Program-made: the position numbers and the translations under genes
Shown here: positions 27,676-33,226 of the stretch, one piece after another
Layout of the letters: the number at the start of each line of letters is the position of its first letter
Numbering within the stretch: the stretch's first letter is position 1
Notes under the pieces: model-generated
The model's database searches: none
What the model saw: the letters and a program-made list of their open reading frames with translations, nothing else
What the model was told of the DNA's origin: nothing
Assembly (NCBI GenBank): GCA_002422175.1
Contig: DITR01000134.1
Coordinates: 13,298 to 46,523 of the forward strand
From: Alcaligenaceae bacterium UBA6179
GTDB lineage: Bacteria > Pseudomonadota > Gammaproteobacteria > Burkholderiales > Burkholderiaceae_B
Direction of reading: 5' to 3'
Length of the DNA stretch: 33,226 bases

Positions 27676-28959
27676 ATGAAAATTGAAACACTCGCTGTTC
27701 ACGCGGGCTACTCGCCCGACCCCACCACTAAATCGGTGGCTACCCCCATTTACCAAACGGTCGCCTATTCTTTTGATAGCGCACAGCATGGCGCCGACCT
27801 GTTTGACCTTAAGGTGGCAGGCAATATCTACACCCGCATTATGAACCCCACCAACGACGTGCTTGAAAAACGCGTGGCGGCTCTTGAGGGTGGTCTTGCT
27901 GCGCTGGCTGTTGCCTCGGGCATGGCAGCCATAACGTATGCCATTCAAACCATTGCCGAGGCGGGTGACAACATTGTGTCAGCCAGCACACTGTATGGTG
28001 GCACCTACAATTTATTTGCGCACACCTTTCCACAACAAGGCATTACCGTTCGATTTGCTGATTCGCGCGATCCAGCAAGTTTTGCACAACATATTGATGA
28101 GCGTACCAAGGCGATTTATTGCGAATCAGTTGGCAACCCGTTGGGTAACGTGACCGATATCGCCGCATTGGCTAAAGTGGCTCACGATCACGGTATACCG
28201 TTAATCGTTGACAACACCGTACCCAGCCCATACCTGACGCGCCCCATTGAGCATGGGGCTGACATTGTTGTGCACTCTCTCACCAAGTATTTAGGTGGGC
28301 ATGGTAACAGCGTAGGTGGTGCAATTGTTGATAGTGGAAAGTTTCCCTGGGCAGAACATAAAGCGCGTTTTAAACGCTTAAACGAACCTGATGTGAGCTA
28401 CCACGGCGTGGTTTATACAGAGGCTTTAGGTGCCGCTGCTTTTATTGGTCGCGCCCGTGTTGTCCCTTTGCGCAACACTGGTGCTGCCTTAGCCCCTATT
28501 AATGCCTTTTTAATTTTGCAAGGCATCGAGACCTTACCTTTACGCATGGATCGTATTTGTGAAAACACGCTAGCCATCGCACATTATTTGCAGTCGCATC
28601 CTAAAGTCGAATGGGTTCGTTACGCAGGTTTGCCAGATCACCCTGATCACGCCTTGGTTCAAAAACAAATGAGTGGTAAGGCTTCAGGCATTCTGTCGTT
28701 TGGCCTTAAAACTAAAGAGGCAGACCCTCGCGCGGCAGGCGCTCGTTTTCTAGATGGCTTGAAATTATTTATTCGGTTGGTCAATATTGGCGATGCCAAA
28801 TCAACAGCGACCCACCCGGCCTCAACGACGCACCGCCAACTTGACCCTGCAGAACTTGAAAAAGCAGGTGTCAGCGAAGGTATGGTGCGGTTGTCGGTTG
28901 GTATTGAACATATTAGTGATTTACAAGCTGACTTAGAACAGGCACTTGCCCAAGTATAA
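27676..28959 (+). CDS. metY: O-acetylhomoserine aminocarboxypropyltransferase / cysteine synthase (PLP)
   Basis: PIYQT, GNIYTRIMNPT, ASGMAA, LYGGT, VDNT, HSLTKY (PLP Lys), NIGDAKS...HPASTTH.QL, RLSVGIE. Confidence 0.93.
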   Translation: MKIETLAVHAGYSPDPTTKSVATPIYQTVAYSFDSAQHGADLFDLKVAGNIYTRIMNPTNDVLEKRVAALEGGLAALAVASGMAAITYAIQTIAEAGDNIVSASTLYGGTYNLFAHTFPQQGITVRFADSRDPASFAQHIDERTKAIYCESVGNPLGNVTDIAALAKVAHDHGIPLIVDNTVPSPYLTRPIEHGADIVVHSLTKYLGGHGNSVGGAIVDSGKFPWAEHKARFKRLNEPDVSYHGVVYTEALGAAAFIGRARVVPLRNTGAALAPINAFLILQGIETLPLRMDRICENTLAIAHYLQSHPKVEWVRYAGLPDHPDHALVQKQMSGKASGILSFGLKTKEADPRAAGARFLDGLKLFIRLVNIGDAKSTATHPASTTHRQLDPAELEKAGVSEGMVRLSVGIEHISDLQADLEQALAQV

Positions 28960-30012
28960 ATGCTTCCTTGGCGTCAACAACTTAGGCGGCTCGACCAATT
29001 ACGCCGTGACAACACACAAAGCTTATCGAATGCTTTGTTTCGTGTTTTGGGTAAGAGTCGCCATTTACTGACGCGTCAGTTATCACCAGCTGAGGTCAAA
29101 CGTATTTTGGTGGTACGAAATAACAAACGTATTGGAAACATGTATTTTATGTTGCCCTTTATACGTGAACTTAAACGCGCCTACCCCGATGCTCAAATTG
29201 ACCTCATGCTGTTAACGACCGAGCAAGGTCGAGTATTTGACCATATTGGTTTAAATCAAATTGTGGTGTCACATTTTTCTTTTGACACCGCCTTAGATTT
29301 TTTAAAATCAATTTTCAAACTGCGTCGCACTGTTTATGATTTACTCATCATGCCCCACAGCTCAGCCAGCGACACAGCAATATGTGCCTTGTTGAACGCA
29401 CGCAATAAAGTTTCGTTTTATGGGCCACGCAATCAATACGTATTTCCACAATCATTTGATTTACGTCATCACAACCCACACGCCGCGCTATCTGCTTTGG
29501 CTCTTCTCGAAGCTTTAGGTCACTCGGTTCAGGGTCACGATCACACCATGGTTTTTTCTGCAGCTGAAGAAGCGGGTGGCAAAGCAGTTGCCGACGGCCT
29601 CAAATCAAACTCACCGCTTTGTATTGCCTACTTCAGGGGTGCGCGCGGTAATAAAGTGATTGAAGACTCAACATGGCTTCGCATACGACAAGATTTTGAT
29701 GCCGCCCGCCCCCATGCCATCAAATGGGTTGAGATATTAAGCCCCGATATTCGCTCGAGCCTTATACCCGGCACCGCTACATTTGAGTCTGCTGACCTTA
29801 GGCACTTAGCTGCAGTGCTAAAACATGTTGATGCGTTTATCTGCGCAGATACGGGCCCATTGCATTTGGCAGATGCTGCCGGTGCAGCCTGCATTGGCTT
29901 ATTTACAACGACCAACATTGAGCACTACGGCTGCCTGAACGATCGAAGTATGAATATTACTGATGTTGCTAACTTTTCTGCTGATGCGGCGTTACTAAAA
30001 CTTAATTTATAA
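28960..30012 (+). CDS. Glycosyltransferase family 9 (LPS heptosyltransferase-like)
   Basis: RILVVR...RIGN.....P..RELKRAYPDAQI, YDL.I, FICADTGPLHLA.A.G...IGLF. Confidence 0.88.
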   Translation: MLPWRQQLRRLDQLRRDNTQSLSNALFRVLGKSRHLLTRQLSPAEVKRILVVRNNKRIGNMYFMLPFIRELKRAYPDAQIDLMLLTTEQGRVFDHIGLNQIVVSHFSFDTALDFLKSIFKLRRTVYDLLIMPHSSASDTAICALLNARNKVSFYGPRNQYVFPQSFDLRHHNPHAALSALALLEALGHSVQGHDHTMVFSAAEEAGGKAVADGLKSNSPLCIAYFRGARGNKVIEDSTWLRIRQDFDAARPHAIKWVEILSPDIRSSLIPGTATFESADLRHLAAVLKHVDAFICADTGPLHLADAAGAACIGLFTTTNIEHYGCLNDRSMNITDVANFSADAALLKLNL

Positions 30013-30094
30013 CGTCAAATTATTTATAACGTCACGAGTGCAACTTATCTTGTATTCGATAACTTGTATTAGGTAACTTGTATTTAGCTTGTAT
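30005..30094. repeat. Short tandem repeats: ATTTATAACGTCA x2 and CTTGTAT-core x4
   Basis: 13-mer at 30005 and 30022; CTTGTAT at 30049, 30063, 30077, 30088 (TAACTTGTATT exact at 30060 and 30074). Confidence 0.8.
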
Positions 30095-30162
30095 GCACTT
30101 AGGTTGGCTTAGATCTGCGCTCAGCTCAACCCAAGCTTGGCTTGACCTTGCAAAAGGGTTAA

Positions 30163-31245
30163 CTAAAGCGATGGCACCTTATCTTTTTTTATCATCATCA
30201 CAACAACCCCAATAATCGTGGCTGGCATCACAAAAGACAACATGACGCTTGAGTAGGTTTGCAACATATCGCTTTTTTGGGCATCTAGAACCAAATAGCA
30301 AACGTATGCGACATAATAAAAAAGAAACACAGCGCCACGCCAGCGGCCAATTTCATTTCCAACAATAAAGATAGGTATACATGCCAAAAACGTTGCGATC
30401 ATGACCCATATGTCAAAATTTAGTATGGCCTCTGGTAAAACTAAACCAGTAGAGCCTGCAGCCAACCCGCTTAAACCCACAACACCCAGTAGGTTGAATG
30501 TGGAACTGCCGATAACGTTGCCCACAGCGATATCACGCTCACCTTTAAGTGCTGCGGCGATCGATGCAGCCACCTCAGGCAAAGACGTGCCGGCTGCGAC
30601 GATTGTCAAACCAATGATTAAATCGCTGACTCCGAATGCTTTGGCAAAGGCGACTGCTGAATCAACTAACCAATCTGAACCCAACACTAAGAGACCTAGG
30701 CCCGCAATAATCAAAATGAGTTGAATATACCAACGACTGTCCCAAGCGCCTGAAGGGCTGGGTGTCAATTCTTTGTCAAATTCGTTACTGGCTGTTTCTT
30801 TGCGTGACTGCCAGACCAAAAACCCCGTATAAATAAAAAGTAAAAGTAATAGGGTGCCCGCATCAAGCATCGAAATGTTTTTATCAAGCCCCATAACCAA
30901 TAACAAAAGCCCAGCACCCATCATAATGGGTAGTTCTTGACGAATAATTTGGATATGAACAAACAACGGGGTAATCAGTGCACTGATACCTAAAATAAAC
31001 AGTAAGTTAAAAATGTTACTGCCGACAACGTTGCCTACAGCGAGATCAACTTGACCCGCTGAGACCGCGTCAACCGAGACAGCCATTTCAGGCGCACTGG
31101 TGCCAAACGCTACGATGGTTAAACCCACAACAAGAGGCGAAAGCCCCATCGACAAAGCAAATTTAGATGCCCCCTGAACCAGAGCCTGGGCACCAACAAC
31201 AAGCGCGACAATACCTAAACCAAAAAAGACGACGTTTGTAAGCAT
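30163..31245 (-). CDS. Calcium/sodium antiporter (YrbG, CaCA family)
   Basis: Two alpha repeats: GLTIVAFGTSAPE...GNVVGSN and GLTIVAAGTSLPE...GNVIGSS; start moved to ATG 31245, where the first TM helix begins. Confidence 0.93.
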   Translation of the reverse strand: MLTNVVFFGLGIVALVVGAQALVQGASKFALSMGLSPLVVGLTIVAFGTSAPEMAVSVDAVSAGQVDLAVGNVVGSNIFNLLFILGISALITPLFVHIQIIRQELPIMMGAGLLLLVMGLDKNISMLDAGTLLLLLFIYTGFLVWQSRKETASNEFDKELTPSPSGAWDSRWYIQLILIIAGLGLLVLGSDWLVDSAVAFAKAFGVSDLIIGLTIVAAGTSLPEVAASIAAALKGERDIAVGNVIGSSTFNLLGVVGLSGLAAGSTGLVLPEAILNFDIWVMIATFLACIPIFIVGNEIGRWRGAVFLFYYVAYVCYLVLDAQKSDMLQTYSSVMLSFVMPATIIGVVVMMIKKDKVPSL

Positions 31246-31273
31246 TTTAAGTGACCAGAAGCGGTTATTTCGG

Positions 31274-31302
31274 AATGCATTGAATTTTAAAATGCATTGA
31301 AT
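31274..31302. repeat. Direct repeat AATGCATTGAAT x2 (17-bp period), each with palindromic AATGCATT core
   Basis: Read directly at 31274-31285 and 31291-31302, just upstream of the antiporter start. Confidence 0.75.
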
Positions 31303-31496
31303 ATGGTGCGATGCAGTAAATTTTACATGCCAATATGTCATTGCGGGGATGTATTGGTCATAACAAATACATATGAGCTAATCGCAAACCCTAATTGAGT
31401 TTAGTTGTTTTATCTACCATCATATCAAAGTGTTTGTTTTAATAGATGTACCCTAAAATCATCTAGGGAACCCTTTACATTCCGGAGACTCTAAAT

Positions 31497-32645
31497 ATGA
31501 GCCAGACCAAGACAATAGACGAATCAAAAGTCAAATCACGTCGTAAATTTTTCAGCACCGCTGGTGCTGCAGCTGTAGCCGTACCTTTGGCCGGCTTTCC
31601 TATGATTTCTGTTGCTCAATCACCTATCGTATTGAAAATGCAAGGCGGGTGGGGCGCAACTGACATTTTTAACGATATGGCCAAAGAATATGTGGCTCGC
31701 GTGAATGAAATGTCGGGTGGGCGCTTGCGTATTGACTACCTTAACTCCGGATCAGTTGTTAAACCGTTTGAAATGATGGATGCTGTGAGTAATGGCGTTC
31801 TTGACGCGGGTCACCAAGTATCGGCCTACTGGTACGGCAAGAGCAAAGTCGCTTCACTTTTTGGTTCTGGCCCAGTCACGGGCGCCAACTCATCACAGTT
31901 GCTTGGTTGGATTCATCGCGGTGGTGGTCTAGCACTGTACGATGAATTGCTTAAGAATCTTAAGCTCAATGTCACAACGTTTTTTGCTTTCCCCATGCCA
32001 CCACAGCCACTGGGTTGGTTTAAAGGCACCCCACCAAAAACTGCTGCAGAACTCAAGGGTTACAAATATCGTACCGTGGGTTTAGCAGCAGATTTAATGC
32101 AATCAATGGGTATGAGTGTTACCCAGCTTCCAGGTGGCGAAATTATGCCTGCTATGGAACGCGGTGTGATTGACGCATTTGAATTCAATAACCCAACCTC
32201 AGATCGCGCATTTGGTGCCCAAGACGTTGCCAAAAACTATTCAATGGGTTCATTTCACCAAGCACAAGAGTTTTTTGAAATTACATTCAACAAAACCAAA
32301 TACGACTCTTTGCCCAAAGATTTGCAAGCTATTCTTAAATATGCTGCTGAAGCGGCTTCTTCGTCTAACGAATGGACAGCTCAAGACAGCTACTCACGTG
32401 ACTTACAAAAACTTATCGTTGATGACAAAGTTCGTGTGACCAAGACACCTCAAGCCGTGTTTGATGCTCAAATGAACGCATGGGACACTCTGACTGCTGC
32501 ACTTGCAGCTGAAGACCCATTCTTCAAGAAAGTAGTTGATTCACAGATGGCTTGGTCTAAGCGTGTTGCATATTATGGCTTTTTGGCAGATGCTAATTAC
32601 AAAAGCGCATATGAACACGTCTTCAAAACCAAGTTACCATTCTAA
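31497..32645 (+). CDS. dctP: TRAP transporter substrate-binding protein (DctP/TakP-like), Tat-exported
   Basis: Tat motif SRRKFF, MSGGRL.I, YWYGK, QPLGWF, K.RTVGL, LPGGEI.PAMERGVIDAFEF; GGAG SD. Confidence 0.92.
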   Translation: MSQTKTIDESKVKSRRKFFSTAGAAAVAVPLAGFPMISVAQSPIVLKMQGGWGATDIFNDMAKEYVARVNEMSGGRLRIDYLNSGSVVKPFEMMDAVSNGVLDAGHQVSAYWYGKSKVASLFGSGPVTGANSSQLLGWIHRGGGLALYDELLKNLKLNVTTFFAFPMPPQPLGWFKGTPPKTAAELKGYKYRTVGLAADLMQSMGMSVTQLPGGEIMPAMERGVIDAFEFNNPTSDRAFGAQDVAKNYSMGSFHQAQEFFEITFNKTKYDSLPKDLQAILKYAAEAASSSNEWTAQDSYSRDLQKLIVDDKVRVTKTPQAVFDAQMNAWDTLTAALAAEDPFFKKVVDSQMAWSKRVAYYGFLADANYKSAYEHVFKTKLPF

Positions 32646-32657
32646 TTTATTGCTAGC

Positions 32658-32684
32658 AATCGCCTAGACCGTGTCTAGGCGATT
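32658..32684 (+). other. Perfect 12-bp-stem hairpin after dctP
   Basis: AATCGCCTAGAC-CGT-GTCTAGGCGATT. Confidence 0.8.
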
Positions 32685-32695
32685 AACAGGTTCAC

Positions 32696-32727
32696 AAAAA
32701 GGCCGTTGTTTGTCGACGGTTTTTTTT
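32696..32727 (+). terminator. Rho-independent terminator/attenuator between dctP and dctQ
   Basis: A tract, then GCCGTTG-TTTGT-CGACGGT stem (two G-U pairs), then a T run. Confidence 0.65.
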
Positions 32728-32744
32728 AATTGCGGAGAAAGAAA

Positions 32745-33226
32745 ATGGTCGGGTATATCAGATGGGTTGACAGCCTGTCCAAAGCGCTTGGACACTCATT
32801 TGGCTGGTGTATTGTGATGTTGACGCTGGGAACGAGTTTAGAGGTGTTCATGCGTTACATTCTCAATGACCCGACCTCTTGGTCTTATGATATGAGCTAT
32901 ACGTTTTACGGTGCACTATTCATGATGTCTGGGGCTTACGCCTTATCTAAAAACTCTCATGTTCGAGGCGATTTTCTTTACCGCAAATGGAAACCTCGCA
33001 ATCAAGCCAAAGTTGAACTGGCTCTTTATTTTATATTTTACCTACCCGGTATTTTGGCTCTAGTCATAACGGGGTTTTTCTACGCCCTGCAATCATTCAC
33101 AATATTAGAAGTCAGTGTTAACAGCCCCGCGGGTGTTCCCGTTTGGCCTTTAAAAATAGTTCTTGTATTGGCAGGCCTCAGTATGTTGATAGCCGGAACA
33201 GCCGAAATGTGCCGTTGTGTTTTATG
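32745..33226 (+). CDS. dctQ: TRAP transporter small permease (3'-truncated); not in the supplied ORF track
   Basis: Manual translation MVGYIRWVDSLSKALGHSFGW...EVFMRYILNDPTSWSYD...GAYALSKNSHVRGD; GGAG SD; frame open to the window end. Confidence 0.9.
   Translation, partial: MVGYIRWVDSLSKALGHSFGWCIVMLTLGTSLEVFMRYILNDPTSWSYDMSYTFYGALFMMSGAYALSKNSHVRGDFLYRKWKPRNQAKVELALYFIFYLPGILALVITGFFYALQSFTILEVSVNSPAGVPVWPLKIVLVLAGLSMLIAGTAEMCRCVL

Noticed and set aside
30040-30100. Mini CRISPR array or iterons
   Set aside because: Repeats are only 7-11 bp with 3-7 bp gaps, and there are no cas or rep genes.
10807-31341. Long N-terminal extensions in the ORF track for coxL, coxM, coxD, modA, the symporter and the antiporter
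   Set aside because: They overlap upstream genes or promoter DNA. Downstream starts (10888, 13286, 14109, 23019, 26264, 31245) fit family N-termini, and most have an SD.
2314-32439. Short alternative-frame or antisense ORFs (e.g. 6805..7149, 18940..19329, 27628..27948, 30401..30724)
   Set aside because: All are nested in well-supported genes and read like shadow ORFs without motifs.
1-33226. Mobile element, prophage or defence island
   Set aside because: No integrase, transposase, phage or recognisable defence genes. YaeQ and the MoxR/VWA pair have ordinary explanations here.

Overview
A densely coding bacterial chromosomal segment, probably from a betaproteobacterium (Burkholderiales-like, inferred from protein character; GC looks mid-40s % by eye). 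I saw no rRNA, tRNA, CRISPR array, IS or integrase. In order: a 5'-truncated outer-membrane beta-barrel; a minus-strand run of CMD-family gene, acyl-CoA dehydrogenase, SDR, APH-type kinase and ChaN-family gene; yaeQ followed by nfeD-floA-yqfB-like; a secreted protein of unknown function; a form II coxSLM-D-E-G-xdhC molybdenum hydroxylase cluster; a betaine-type ABC transporter with a long hairpin-rich leader; a Nox/ferric-reductase-like flavocytochrome; modABC-modE with a clear ModE box; a DAACS symporter; metY; a GT9 glycosyltransferase; a Ca/Na antiporter; and TRAP dctP-dctQ (3'-truncated). The best leads are: (1) an LvaC/LvaD-like pair coupled to an ACAD10/11-type kinase instead of LvaAB, a possible variant 4-hydroxy/4-oxo-acid pathway; (2) about eight back-to-back hairpins in the ABC-transporter leader that match no riboswitch I recognise; (3) a complete Bacillus-type yqeZ-floA-yqfB flotillin operon in a diderm proteobacterium. 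All family calls come from motif recognition and recalled sequences; no searches were run.
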